From the sequence record OR844650.1: a stretch of 64,000 nucleotides of DNA, one strand, 5' to 3'. Position numbers and translations under genes: made by a program. The notes under the pieces are model-generated. The model searched no databases. It was not told the DNA's origin and saw only the letters and a program-made list of their open reading frames with translations. Shown here one piece after another: positions 1 through 9,539 of the stretch (its first letter is position 1; every line of letters begins with the position of its first letter).

Positions 1-543
1 AAAAAGCATACTAAACGGTGGCAGCATGTCCGATAACTCTTTAGCTAAATTGATTTCTGCTCTTAACTCTTGAACATCAATGATATCATGTACTAAAGAT
101 AATTGAAACATGAATGCATCTACATCTTCATTCATTTCTGAATTGTAATATAACTCTTCAGGGAATTTGTCGGTTTCGTAATAATAAAAAACTTTATTGT
201 TGAACACACCACTAATAGGAACATCATTTTCATCTTTCTTTGAAATGTTTGTTTCCCATGACTCTATATTATTAGGAACAAAAAAATCATAGGCTGATTT
301 TGAACCCTGAACTGAATCCAACTTTATTCCATAATATTCCGTATCCATGTATTTCTGCTGTAATGTAATACCACGTGTACTGACATTCACTTGGAATATA
401 TCATCTTTATCTGGAACGCTAAATGGAATACATAACACTGAATTCTCAGGGTATTTGGCAATGAATGCATCCAGCACTTTATTAAGCACTGGAATGGCAA
501 TTTTACTGTACTGCATCAAATCATACATTTTAATTCTGGTCAT
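1..543 (-). CDS. Hypothetical protein, FQxSLVxD-motif family (runs off left edge)
   Basis: Hand translation from ATG at 543 (MTRIKMYDL...) is open to position 1 and contains DAFMFQLSLVHD; absent from ORF track because no stop is in the window. Confidence 0.75.
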   Translation of the reverse strand, partial: MTRIKMYDLMQYSKIAIPVLNKVLDAFIAKYPENSVLCIPFSVPDKDDIFQVNVSTRGITLQQKYMDTEYYGIKLDSVQGSKSAYDFFVPNNIESWETNISKKDENDVPISGVFNNKVFYYYETDKFPEELYYNSEMNEDVDAFMFQLSLVHDIIDVQELRAEINLAKELSDMLPPFSMLF

Positions 544-544
544 A

Positions 545-1072
545 TCATTCACCTGTGTATGTTTTCACCCTTAGCGATTCAAAATCCCATACATCACTGA
601 TTGTACCATTGTGCCTGTAATCATAATATTCTACTAATACATTATACAATAACTTCAACGATACAAATTCATGATTCCACGGAGCTTTATTCTCATGAAC
701 ACATTTGGTGATATAAGGTATAATATATAAACTAAACAACACTAATGGTGAATGTATACATTGCATTTGAAAATATTCTTCTTCTTGCATACAATGTTCA
801 GGAATAATTAGATCATAATGTGTCTCAAATAAATGTAAACCTATTGTGGTTTTTTTCGTATCACATGCGTACCATATTGTACTATCCGAAATAAATGGAA
901 TGATACCATTATTGTTTGCAATGTACATCATATGGTAAGAGCGATTTGTCTTGTTAAATATCTCGATACTTTCGATATTACTACAAATCATGTATTCAAT
1001 GCAATCAATGATCTTATCTTTAAATGTACCAATTTCATTGAATGTCATTGATTTCTGCACTTCACTGCTCAT
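545..1072 (-). CDS. Hypothetical protein, FQxSLV-motif family
   Basis: 175 aa, EEEYFQMQCIH; RBS AAGGAG; overlaps neighbours. Confidence 0.8.
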   Translation of the reverse strand: MSSEVQKSMTFNEIGTFKDKIIDCIEYMICSNIESIEIFNKTNRSYHMMYIANNNGIIPFISDSTIWYACDTKKTTIGLHLFETHYDLIIPEHCMQEEEYFQMQCIHSPLVLFSLYIIPYITKCVHENKAPWNHEFVSLKLLYNVLVEYYDYRHNGTISDVWDFESLRVKTYTGE

Positions 1073-1611
1073 ATTTTCTCCTTAAAAAAATTCAAATACT
1101 CTTCATTGAAAGCATATGTATCATCTTTTTTGTTATGCACCACATAATCATAAAGAGCTATGAATGCAGGGATTATGATCTTACATGATTTATTATTGTA
1201 TTTGTACTGCTCCAAATCAACGGTATTCAATTTAGCAATAAGCATAGCAACAAAGATATCTTCATGGTGGTGTACTGTACTGTACTGAAAATATTCATCC
1301 TCTCCAATATCAGGATGATATAACGGTATATCCAAATTATTACGAATTGACATTTTATATTTTTGTAATGCAGCTAAATGCATGAACCACAATCTATCTT
1401 CATGGAAAGATGGAAAAATAATTTTGTCTGTGCTAATAAAAATTTCTTCATTTCGATTATTTGTCACAAGAGGTGCATACATTTTAATTTTTGCAGATCT
1501 AATAATTAAATTAAAAATATAATGAATCTTATGAACTGCACTTGATGCATCTTCGTATGTACTTGGGATTATGAAACTCACTATATGTTCTCCTTTAAAA
1601 TGATTACACAT
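1069..1611 (-). CDS. Hypothetical protein, FQxSLV-motif family
   Basis: 180 aa, EDEYFQYSTVH. Confidence 0.8.
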   Translation of the reverse strand: MCNHFKGEHIVSFIIPSTYEDASSAVHKIHYIFNLIIRSAKIKMYAPLVTNNRNEEIFISTDKIIFPSFHEDRLWFMHLAALQKYKMSIRNNLDIPLYHPDIGEDEYFQYSTVHHHEDIFVAMLIAKLNTVDLEQYKYNNKSCKIIIPAFIALYDYVVHNKKDDTYAFNEEYLNFFKEKI

Positions 1612-1663
1612 GATAACAGCTTTGGTCTTCTATGTCAATACCAAAACGAAAAAAGCCCATATC

Positions 1664-2170
1664 TTACGATACAGGCGTTCTGGGCATGTTTATTTGAATT
1701 TCATTGTACAAATCATCAATATATAGACATGAAAACGATACACTTTCTTTAACTATATTGTTGTGATAAAGCATTTTAAATGCAATATAGAAAAATAAAT
1801 CAATATCATCATGTACTAAATTCTGCTGGAACCACCACTCTTCTGTTAAATCTTGTGCATTAAAATCATCAGGAACTACAATTGACGACATATCAGAATC
1901 TTCTTTGTACTCAAACCACATGTCGTCATTCGGATAACGTTCATGCTTCTCTGGGTAACAATTGGTGGGATTAAATGCTAAAATATAAAATGCCGTCGAA
2001 GAATGTTCTTTATTAAAAAATGAATTATTCCACACCTGATATTTTTCACCAACATCAAGCTCTTCTGTTACTGATTTTATTGCACATAATGTACTGTATA
2101 TTGTTTCTATCTTGTGAACATATTTAAATGCAGCATCTAAGCTGAACTCTAAATCATACATGTACTGCAT
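1664..2170 (-). CDS. Hypothetical protein, FQxSLV-motif family
   Basis: 168 aa, EEWWFQQNLVHD. Confidence 0.8.
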   Translation of the reverse strand: MQYMYDLEFSLDAAFKYVHKIETIYSTLCAIKSVTEELDVGEKYQVWNNSFFNKEHSSTAFYILAFNPTNCYPEKHERYPNDDMWFEYKEDSDMSSIVVPDDFNAQDLTEEWWFQQNLVHDDIDLFFYIAFKMLYHNNIVKESVSFSCLYIDDLYNEIQINMPRTPVS

Positions 2171-2490
2171 AAAATTACCTCAACTAAAGCAAGGACTGTA
2201 TTGAATTCCACTATACTTGTAATTCCTTGAAGGTACATGTACTTTGCTACTACATATTTCTGTACTAAATTATAATTTTTAAATTCCTCAAAATTGTAAT
2301 TTAGAACAAAATCTGTACTCAAAAATAACTTATGCATCTCTAATGCACTTTGATAATACGCGTACAACTCACTGATATCAATACTGGTTAAATTATATTG
2401 TTCATATCTATGATACGGGATGGCTTCAATTTCAATACTATAAAACCATTCTCTTAACTTATTAATATCAAATGTATTATTCAGCTTCAT
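2149..2490 (-). CDS. Hypothetical protein
   Basis: 113 aa, in operon context. Confidence 0.7.
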   Translation of the reverse strand: MKLNNTFDINKLREWFYSIEIEAIPYHRYEQYNLTSIDISELYAYYQSALEMHKLFLSTDFVLNYNFEEFKNYNLVQKYVVAKYMYLQGITSIVEFNTVLALVEVILCSTCMI

Positions 2491-3043
2491 AACTCAATAT
2501 CTCCATTAAGCACTCATAAACACCATCAATCGCATAAGCACAAAAATTGAAATTAATTTTGTGATTCTTGTGTAATGGACTATTGTGTACTGTACTCATT
2601 ATGACATTATAAAATAACAAACGCACTGGTACAAGCATTGAACCTTGGAAAAATTCTTCCTCTGATTTATATGTATTGTACTCTATTGTTTTGTTCGTTT
2701 CTTTATTATATGTTACCATTACTAATGGGGAATTTTTATTATACCATGCGTACTCTAAATCATTCTTTCCAATAACAGCCCCAGGGGCAAAATCCAAAAG
2801 ACCAATAACACTACGGGCATTTGGGTTATCAGGTGTATTGAATCGTTTATCAAAATGACTCGTGCACGTAATATATGTATTGTACTTCGATGGAATAATA
2901 CCAATACATTTGTGGATGTGACGCTTGTAATCTTTCTGTGCATTATATAAGGCTGCAACAATACAAGCTAACTTTTGTCCCATAAGGATTGCATTAGCGT
3001 AGGTGTACTGAATATCATTGCTGGTACGGTACTTCGAGGTCAT
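2477..3043 (-). CDS. Hypothetical protein, FQxSLV-motif family
   Basis: 188 aa, EEEFFQGSML. Confidence 0.8.
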   Translation of the reverse strand: MTSKYRTSNDIQYTYANAILMGQKLACIVAALYNAQKDYKRHIHKCIGIIPSKYNTYITCTSHFDKRFNTPDNPNARSVIGLLDFAPGAVIGKNDLEYAWYNKNSPLVMVTYNKETNKTIEYNTYKSEEEFFQGSMLVPVRLLFYNVIMSTVHNSPLHKNHKINFNFCAYAIDGVYECLMEILSYEAE

Positions 3044-3326
3044 AATATTTCCTTTGCCATATCATGGGCTTAAAATCAATAACAGCTTTCTGTATCTTTT
3101 TTAATAATAAGACATCATAACCACCCGTGTCAATCACTAATTGCTGTTGGAACAATTCTTCATCGGATAATGTATTGAAATCTACAAAATAATCTGTAAC
3201 TATCGAATCATTTAAATGTGCCATGTACCAACCTGAACTTCTTGAATAAATCAAATTCCACCCATCGTCATCATCTTCTAATTCAACATAAATCATATCT
3301 GGGGTATACATCATTTTATACTTCAT
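3015..3326 (-). CDS. Hypothetical protein, FQxSLV-motif family
   Basis: 103 aa, DEELFQQQLVID. Confidence 0.8.
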   Translation of the reverse strand: MKYKMMYTPDMIYVELEDDDDGWNLIYSRSSGWYMAHLNDSIVTDYFVDFNTLSDEELFQQQLVIDTGGYDVLLLKKIQKAVIDFKPMIWQRKYYDLEVPYQQ

Positions 3327-3822
3327 AACTATATCCTTGCATCAAAATATCATAAACGTTTGAAAGGTACGGAATTTTGATATAAAATTTAAAACCCTTA
3401 ATTAAAGGATTCGCGTACAATGAACTGAATAACTTTAGATAATGTATTTGACGAGGACTGTATAATAACGATTTCTGAAATAATTCAGAACTACAATCTG
3501 AACTAATATCAATTAAATCAATTCGTGCTTCTACTTCATCATTTTGTTTCAAATCATAAAAGAAATAATCGTTTGTGTTGACCCACAAATACCCTTCACT
3601 ATTTTCGTATATAACAGGAGATGCTTGTTCTGGATTGCCTTGGGCAAATGCTGCAAAACAAACTTTTGCATTACTTTCATCTTTAAACAAAAACGATAAT
3701 TTATCATATCTATCTTCTATGCGTAAATCACCTATATAAATGTACTTATGCATAGAATGATTATTCTTGAGCATAAGCATTACTGTACTAATCTTGTGTG
3801 CTAATAATTCTATCTCATTCAT
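3316..3822 (-). CDS. Hypothetical protein, paralogue of 3894-4448
   Basis: Shared MNEIELLAHKIST start and LMQGYSYEV end; SELFQKSLL. Confidence 0.8.
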   Translation of the reverse strand: MNEIELLAHKISTVMLMLKNNHSMHKYIYIGDLRIEDRYDKLSFLFKDESNAKVCFAAFAQGNPEQASPVIYENSEGYLWVNTNDYFFYDLKQNDEVEARIDLIDISSDCSSELFQKSLLYSPRQIHYLKLFSSLYANPLIKGFKFYIKIPYLSNVYDILMQGYSYEV

Positions 3823-3845
3823 ATATTATTACCTATTGATGGATG

Positions 3846-3904
3846 CATCATCTTCTAATTCAACATAAATCATATCTTGGGGTATACATCATTTTATACT
3901 TCAT
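3846..3904 (-). pseudogene. Frameshifted, truncated copy of the 5' end of gene 3015-3326
   Basis: 3846-3920 nearly identical to 3269-3342; an extra base gives MKYKMMYTPRYDLC-stop. Confidence 0.65.
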
Positions 3905-4448
3905 AACTATATCCTTGCATTAATAAATCATAAACTACATGGACTAAATTTAATTGAATATAAAATTTTAAACCTTTAATTAATGGATTCAAATGCATTG
4001 TACTGAATAAAATTAGATACATCATCTCATGCGGTTTTGTGATTAATGATTTTTGAAATACTTCAGCTTCATCATAAGGGTCTATGAACTGAAATTTGTC
4101 TTCATCATAATTTGTATTGGAATGCTGATATATAAAATAATCATCATTGGTATTGTACCACAAATACCCTTCGAATCCTGTACTTACATTTCTTGTCAAT
4201 GGTGATGCTGATACTGGATTTGAACTGATTAATGCACCTACACCAACAATCCCCGTTGTATCATATTCGATTTCAACATCAATGTCAATATCAATGTATT
4301 TCCTTGCGATATCTGCGTTTATGGACAAATATAAACTACCACCTGTCCTCTGACTCAGGATTCCATCTATCTGCGATATAGGATGGTTGTTATTGAGGAT
4401 AAGCATTATTGTACTTATCTTGTGTGCTAATAACTCTATCTCATTCAT
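3894..4448 (-). CDS. Hypothetical protein, paralogue of 3316-3822
   Basis: 184 aa, EAEVFQKSLIT. Confidence 0.8.
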   Translation of the reverse strand: MNEIELLAHKISTIMLILNNNHPISQIDGILSQRTGGSLYLSINADIARKYIDIDIDVEIEYDTTGIVGVGALISSNPVSASPLTRNVSTGFEGYLWYNTNDDYFIYQHSNTNYDEDKFQFIDPYDEAEVFQKSLITKPHEMMYLILFSTMHLNPLIKGLKFYIQLNLVHVVYDLLMQGYSYEV

Positions 4449-4648
4449 AATTTACCTATCGATGGATACCTAGGATTTGTAGGATGTAAAATCCTGTCCT
4501 GTACTGAAAGGTGCTCAAATGTAATTAAACTCAAATAATAATCGTAATCATCAATACCACCCTTCAAATGTATATTGTAATACATCTTAATACTATCTAA
4601 TAATGAATCCTGTAATGCATTTAATGTTATCGTATTAATCTTTTGCAT
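4445..4648 (-). CDS. Hypothetical protein
   Basis: 67 aa, start/stop overlaps with neighbours. Confidence 0.65.
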   Translation of the reverse strand: MQKINTITLNALQDSLLDSIKMYYNIHLKGGIDDYDYYLSLITFEHLSVQDRILHPTNPRYPSIGKL

Positions 4649-4809
4649 TAATGTTCTTCTCTTAAAAATCGTTTGATAGCATAATCTAAATAAAATTCAT
4701 AACACATGCTATCTCTGTTCTTTATCCATATTTTGTAATCGGATTTTATATTACGCAACAAATAATTTGTATTAATTGTGTAATAATCTAATCGCCCTAA
4801 TCTTTCCAT
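4648..4809 (-). CDS. Small hypothetical protein (53 aa, MERLGRLDYY...)
   Basis: Hand translation; fills gap, TAATG overlap with next gene. Confidence 0.5.
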   Translation of the reverse strand: MERLGRLDYYTINTNYLLRNIKSDYKIWIKNRDSMCYEFYLDYAIKRFLREEH

Positions 4810-5183
4810 TTAATAGGATACTCCTTTCCTTGTACTATATATGACAAAATCCATCCGTAATGAATAGGATGATTTTTATCTGAATCAGGAATAAAATATA
4901 AAGCTGTACTTGGATTATGACTGAATAAATCTTTATTGTCAAATGTAAAATGTGATAATATAATTTTCCTTGTACTTGGACGAATAACATTCTTAACACT
5001 GAACTCTGTTCCTTTGTATTTCTCCGAGAATTCAAATAATGCATCTGTAATTAAATCACTGAACTCTTGGATTACAAAATTCTGATAAAATGCATTAATC
5101 TCTTTTAACTCTGTATACAATTCACTTCTGGTATTCAAAAGGAATATTACTTGTTTAAGATCCTGTACTATTGTTGGGTTCAT
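4797..5183 (-). CDS. Hypothetical protein
   Basis: 128 aa ORF in operon. Confidence 0.7.
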   Translation of the reverse strand: MNPTIVQDLKQVIFLLNTRSELYTELKEINAFYQNFVIQEFSDLITDALFEFSEKYKGTEFSVKNVIRPSTRKIILSHFTFDNKDLFSHNPSTALYFIPDSDKNHPIHYGWILSYIVQGKEYPIKWKD

Positions 5184-5442
5184 ATTTGTTTATCTCATTA
5201 TGTACCTTAAGCATAAAAATTTGCATATGAATTTTTTGTTCAAGGTGCTTGATAAATTTCTGTACTGTATCTTCTTGATCTTTTGTACCAAGATAAAATA
5301 ACATATTAAATTCAGATAATCTCAGAGAGAAATCTTCCTCTCCCCCTCGTAAACAAAAATCCCTGTACTTTGAAGCGTACAATAAAGAATCTACCTTTTT
5401 ATATATTTGGGTCTGCATTGTATCTCCATTTTCAAGGACCAT
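5155..5442 (-). CDS. LGT-motif family small protein (start may be internal MQTQ)
   Basis: FYLGTKDQE. Confidence 0.7.
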   Translation of the reverse strand: MVLENGDTMQTQIYKKVDSLLYASKYRDFCLRGGEEDFSLRLSEFNMLFYLGTKDQEDTVQKFIKHLEQKIHMQIFMLKVHNEINKYEPNNSTGS

Positions 5443-5603
5443 ATGAGCTTATCAACGCATTGATCCTGTGCTATTGTCCCTAGATAAAATAATACATCAA
5501 AATCTGATATTTTGATATTAAAAGGATCGGTGTGTACATTTTTAATAAACTCCCTGTACTTCATTTCATATGCATTAGGTATATTCTTATATGTCAATTT
5601 CAA
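5391..5603 (-). CDS. LGT-motif family small protein
   Basis: FYLGTIAQD. Confidence 0.7.
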   Translation of the reverse strand: MKLTYKNIPNAYEMKYREFIKNVHTDPFNIKISDFDVLFYLGTIAQDQCVDKLIWSLKMEIQCRPKYIKR

Positions 5604-5904
5604 TGATCCTCCCTGACATACCTTGTATTAGCTTATCATACATATCGAGCATCACTTTTTGAATACTAATTAGTACTGGCATCGTGCAAATATCAATGTC
5701 GTATACTAAGCTGTACTGGAATAATTCATCTTCCTGCATTTGTACTAAATTAGGTAAAAGATAATTGTCTGCCTCTTCATCCTGGTACTTGAAATGCATA
5801 ACACCATCCTTTTTGTACAAAAGAATGTCAATATCACCCAACTCTTCGGCATAACCAAATATACATATATTAGATGTTTTTGCTATATTAAATTTCATCT
5901 CCAC
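5587..5904 (-). CDS. Hypothetical protein, FQxSLV-motif family
   Basis: EDELFQYSLVYD. Confidence 0.8.
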   Translation of the reverse strand: MEMKFNIAKTSNICIFGYAEELGDIDILLYKKDGVMHFKYQDEEADNYLLPNLVQMQEDELFQYSLVYDIDICTMPVLISIQKVMLDMYDKLIQGMSGRIIEIDI

Positions 5905-6140
5905 CTCTCTCCGTCAGCACAAGAGTACTGGTACGTTGTCGTTAGGGTAGGGACCATGTTTGTAATGGGCATATTATTAACAATAACGGTAACAGGCATA
6001 AGAATCGTCTCTACTCTACTCTGTCCTGTCCTTGTACAATTCATCTTCTGCATTTCATCTGAATCCATGAAATACAATACAAATGGTGCAATCCCAAGAA
6101 CAATACACAAGACGATAAGGAAATTTAAAAAATTTAACAT
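5895..6140 (-). CDS. Small membrane-anchored protein
   Basis: Hydrophobic N-terminal segment (FLIVLCIVLGIAPFVLYF). Confidence 0.7.
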   Translation of the reverse strand: MLNFLNFLIVLCIVLGIAPFVLYFMDSDEMQKMNCTRTGQSRVETILMPVTVIVNNMPITNMVPTLTTTYQYSCADGERWR

Positions 6141-6199
6141 AATTTTTACCCTATGATTAACGTTAGTGTACTATATCAGTAATGAAAAGTACTGTCAAG

Positions 6200-6604
6200 C
6201 TAGTATTGCACTGTTCTAATGAAAGTACCTGAACTCATGGATTTAAGCTTATGAACCTCTTCCTGTATACCCTTGAGCAACTCTAAAGGTATAGGTACAT
6301 CATGTACTAAGCTGTACTGAAAATATTCTTCTTCAGATAAAGTACTAACATCTGGAACGCCAATTTTAGTTAGATAATCTTGATGTGTTGACCAATAAAT
6401 TATATCTTCAGTAGAATTGTACTCCCCATATACTGAACAATATTGATGAATATCTTTCCTGTACCCTTGAGCAATAAAGAACTTATCTACTGCATTACCA
6501 GCATTAATAGAATTCACTTCGATTGTCACAGTACTTGAGCTTGTATAACTCTTAATATTATCAGTACTTTTAATACTCAACTGTGTGTTCTTCATAATCA
6601 CCAT
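6200..6604 (-). CDS. Hypothetical protein, FQxSLV-motif family
   Basis: EEEYFQYSLVHD. Confidence 0.8.
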   Translation of the reverse strand: MVIMKNTQLSIKSTDNIKSYTSSSTVTIEVNSINAGNAVDKFFIAQGYRKDIHQYCSVYGEYNSTEDIIYWSTHQDYLTKIGVPDVSTLSEEEYFQYSLVHDVPIPLELLKGIQEEVHKLKSMSSGTFIRTVQY

Positions 6605-6914
6605 TAGGCTCCTGTTTAGATTCTTTCATTAGTACTATCATCTTATGTACTAATGGCATAGGAAACTCTAAATCCCATACTAATGATTCCTGAAAGTATT
6701 CCTCTGGTGATAAAGTACTTAAATCTTTAATATCAACGTGCTTGTATATTTTATTTTCGTAATTAACAAATGATATATATAAATCACTAACATAAGAATC
6801 ATAGGTAATTGTGAATGGCTTACCCTTGTAATCCATTACATCTCTACATAGACTACTTTTGATATATGTATGTTCAAATGATTTATATACCTTGAGTTGT
6901 ATATTAGTTTTCAT
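6570..6914 (-). CDS. Hypothetical protein, FQxSLV-motif family
   Basis: EEYFQESLVWD. Confidence 0.8.
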   Translation of the reverse strand: MKTNIQLKVYKSFEHTYIKSSLCRDVMDYKGKPFTITYDSYVSDLYISFVNYENKIYKHVDIKDLSTLSPEEYFQESLVWDLEFPMPLVHKMIVLMKESKQEPNGDYEEHTVEY

Positions 6915-7179
6915 ATTTCTCTTTATTAGCTTGTTTGGTTTTATAGTGAATTAAATCTATTAATGTAATCAAGTACAACGTCAAATAGTACTCTTGTTGA
7001 TCTGTACCTAATGATACAAAGAACTTGTGCTCATAGATTAAAACCTGTTTCTCTTCAAATGGACATTTAATCCTCTGTATAGGCTTAAGTAAATGATAGT
7101 ACTTATTAAATCTATGATACATTTCTAGTTCTGTCAGTACTTTCATATTAAACACATACTCCATTAGCTGTAGCATCAC
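6904..7179 (-). CDS. LGTNYQ-family protein
   Basis: SLGTDQQEYY. Confidence 0.75.
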   Translation of the reverse strand: MMLQLMEYVFNMKVLTELEMYHRFNKYYHLLKPIQRIKCPFEEKQVLIYEHKFFVSLGTDQQEYYLTLYLITLIDLIHYKTKQANKEKYEN

Positions 7180-7369
7180 GTAAAGCTGTCAAATACTTCT
7201 GTACGGCTTGCTCTTGCTTATTTGTACCTAAAAGTATATACATCCATAATTCACTGTAATGTACATCTTGTGTATAAGGGTTGTTGTAACTTTTTGATAA
7301 TATAGCATCAAATTCAGATGCATGAACCCTTGTGAACTTAAGAATATCTTGTTGTGATATGATTCTCAT
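7148..7369 (-). CDS. LGTNYQ-family protein
   Basis: LLGTNKQEQ. Confidence 0.8.
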   Translation of the reverse strand: MRIISQQDILKFTRVHASEFDAILSKSYNNPYTQDVHYSELWMYILLGTNKQEQAVQKYLTALRDATANGVCV

Positions 7370-7581
7370 ATCTTTTCCTGTACAATCTGTATAAGAATAC
7401 CTATGTGTGAATTAACAGTTCTCTCTTGATGCTGTGTTCCTAAGAGTGTCAGTACTATCATATCTGAACGCAAAAGATTTTTTTCAAGTTCACTTATATC
7501 AGTTCTTGAATCAAGTGCCATATATTTGTGATTATTCTTCCTGAATAGTGCCAAGTACTCTTGGTTTGATATTATCTTCAT
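7366..7581 (-). CDS. LGTNYQ-family protein
   Basis: LLGTQHQER. Confidence 0.8.
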   Translation of the reverse strand: MKIISNQEYLALFRKNNHKYMALDSRTDISELEKNLLRSDMIVLTLLGTQHQERTVNSHIGILIQIVQEKI

Positions 7582-7793
7582 AGTTTACTTTGAATTTCCA
7601 TTAAAAGTGCTCTAATATGCTCATTGACAAATCTCTCTTGGGAATCTGTGTCTAGGGTGAGAAGCATTCTTAAATCGGAACCTCTGATGGTATATTCTAA
7701 ATCATTCTTTGATTCTCGCATAAGTTTCTGAAAGGATGAGAAGTGTAATCCCATGAGTTCAATGTATTCTGCTGTTCCTAGTGGTTTTGGCAT
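7578..7793 (-). CDS. LGTNYQ-family protein
   Basis: TLDTDSQER. Confidence 0.8.
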   Translation of the reverse strand: MPKPLGTAEYIELMGLHFSSFQKLMRESKNDLEYTIRGSDLRMLLTLDTDSQERFVNEHIRALLMEIQSKL

Positions 7794-8005
7794 TTTAGTT
7801 CAATCGCTCGTTTAAGTGTATTAATATAATCATTAATATAGCATTCTTGATAGTTAGTCCCTAGTGTAGCTTGAACATAGATTTCATTTCTCTTAATAAT
7901 TTTATCCATATCTGGTATATCTGATGTGTTAATAACAAACAACTTCAAAAACAATCCATTTATAATTGTTAGGTATTCTTCGTCGGTAATCATTCGCATT
8001 TGCAT
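7778..8005 (-). CDS. LGTNYQ-family protein
   Basis: TLGTNYQECY. Confidence 0.8.
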   Translation of the reverse strand: MQMRMITDEEYLTIINGLFLKLFVINTSDIPDMDKIIKRNEIYVQATLGTNYQECYINDYINTLKRAIELKCQNH

Positions 8006-8211
8006 CTTCTCAGTACTGATTCTTTAAGTTCATCAATGTAGTACTCTACATATTCTTCTTGTAGGTTTGTTCCGAGATGTAACAGTACTCTTAAATCTGC
8101 TCTCAGTACTTCTTTATCATCTTCATCTATATCAGACAGTGTTATGTTTAAGAATTTACTTGAACTCTCTATAAGTAATATTACTGAATCACCTTTGCTT
8201 AAAATTTTCAT
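7990..8211 (-). CDS. LGTNYQ-family protein
   Basis: HLGTNLQEEY. Confidence 0.8.
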   Translation of the reverse strand: MKILSKGDSVILLIESSSKFLNITLSDIDEDDKEVLRADLRVLLHLGTNLQEEYVEYYIDELKESVLRRCKCE

Positions 8212-8419
8212 AATCTCTTTTTGCTTTCCTCGCCAAAAGGTACATATACGATTCTTCGTATTGTGCTTGGTAGTTTGTGTTTAAGAGTCGAAACAACTTC
8301 TGTTCTGCTAGAACTAGTTGCTTATCTTCATAACAACGATAGCGTATCAACTTTTTGTATTCGATGTTGATTACATCCATTACTATAAGCCCATGTTCAT
8401 CATCTGTCAAGTGTTTCAT
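8189..8419 (-). CDS. LGTNYQ-family protein
   Basis: LLNTNYQAQY. Confidence 0.8.
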   Translation of the reverse strand: MKHLTDDEHGLIVMDVINIEYKKLIRYRCYEDKQLVLAEQKLFRLLNTNYQAQYEESYMYLLARKAKRDYENFKQR

Positions 8420-8657
8420 GCATTTTTCTTTTTCTTATATGTTTAGTTAAAAGGTATATTAGTTTTCTATTGTATTCTTCCTGATAGTTTGTTCCTAATA
8501 GTGCAAGAAGTTTTGCTTCAACTAAAGCTAATTGACGTTCTTCAAATGTGTGTTCCAGTATGTACTTGGGGTTTGATTTTTTAGCGTAAGCACTATTAGT
8601 CTTCATTACAATCTTATGATATTCATTAGCAGTTAGGATTTTTAAATACTTGATCAT
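8400..8657 (-). CDS. LGTNYQ-family protein
   Basis: LLGTNYQEEY. Confidence 0.8.
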   Translation of the reverse strand: MIKYLKILTANEYHKIVMKTNSAYAKKSNPKYILEHTFEERQLALVEAKLLALLGTNYQEEYNRKLIYLLTKHIRKRKMHETLDR

Positions 8658-8877
8658 GTATCTTTTCCTTTATAGAGAATTTAAGATATCGAAGCATACT
8701 TTCAATGTAATACTCTTGTCTGTCAGTGCCAAGAAAGTACATGAGTTGAATGTATAAAACTTCTGCACTCCTTTCCGCTGGAGACTTGTTTGTGTCGTTT
8801 GGAAGTTGATTTGTATGTTTTCTTGATTTAATTAGTCGTTCTTTTAACTCATCGTCTGTTAAGTATTTCATTTGCAT
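8626..8877 (-). CDS. LGTNYQ-family protein
   Basis: FLGTDRQEYY; close paralogue of 8849-9103. Confidence 0.8.
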   Translation of the reverse strand: MQMKYLTDDELKERLIKSRKHTNQLPNDTNKSPAERSAEVLYIQLMYFLGTDRQEYYIESMLRYLKFSIKEKIHDQVFKNPNC

Positions 8878-9103
8878 TTACTTTTTCCTTAATAGTGATT
8901 TTAAGATATCTAATCATACGTGCAACATATTCCTCTTGTCTATCAGTTCCCAGAAGATATGGTAGTGATTGGAATAATACTTCTGCACTCCTTTCTGCTG
9001 GGGTTTGGTTTAGGTCAATTGGACGTTTATTGGTATATCTCTTGGCACGAACTAATCTCTCGACGTATTCATTATAGGTTAAGTATATCATTTCATTTTG
9101 CAT
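8849..9103 (-). CDS. LGTNYQ-family protein
   Basis: LLGTDRQEEY. Confidence 0.8.
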   Translation of the reverse strand: MQNEMIYLTYNEYVERLVRAKRYTNKRPIDLNQTPAERSAEVLFQSLPYLLGTDRQEEYVARMIRYLKITIKEKVNANEILNRR

Positions 9104-9323
9104 TTACTTTTTCCTTAATACTCATTATAAGATGTTCAATCATATTTTGAACCATAAATTCTTGTTTATCAGTTCCAAGAACGTATGGTAGCTTCTGAAA
9201 CAATACATTTGCAGATACTTCAGATATTGATTGATTTGGAACGAACTTAAGAGTAATGTTTTTGGTTTTTAACATCTTCTCTTGAAATTCTTCATTCGTT
9301 AAGTATATCATTTCATTTTGCAT
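9093..9323 (-). CDS. LGTNYQ-family protein
   Basis: VLGTDKQEF; identical MQNEMIYLT start to 8849-9103. Confidence 0.8.
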   Translation of the reverse strand: MQNEMIYLTNEEFQEKMLKTKNITLKFVPNQSISEVSANVLFQKLPYVLGTDKQEFMVQNMIEHLIMSIKEKVNAK

Positions 9324-9539
9324 TTACATTCTCTCATATATATTTTGGGTTAAAAGGTCAATCCAGATTTCCACATATCGTTGTTGGTGTTGCGTCCCTA
9401 ACAGTACACCCAACTTAGCTTCACACTCTAATAACAATCTGGTTTTGTATGGTAGACTTTGGAATCCTATAGTAGCATCTAATTTGGTAATTGCATAGTT
9501 GATTCGGATGAATCTTTCTTGCAATGTGATGTTGATCAT
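9324..9539 (-). CDS. LGTNYQ-family protein
   Basis: LLGTQHQQRY. Confidence 0.8.
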   Translation of the reverse strand: MINITLQERFIRINYAITKLDATIGFQSLPYKTRLLLECEAKLGVLLGTQHQQRYVEIWIDLLTQNIYERM

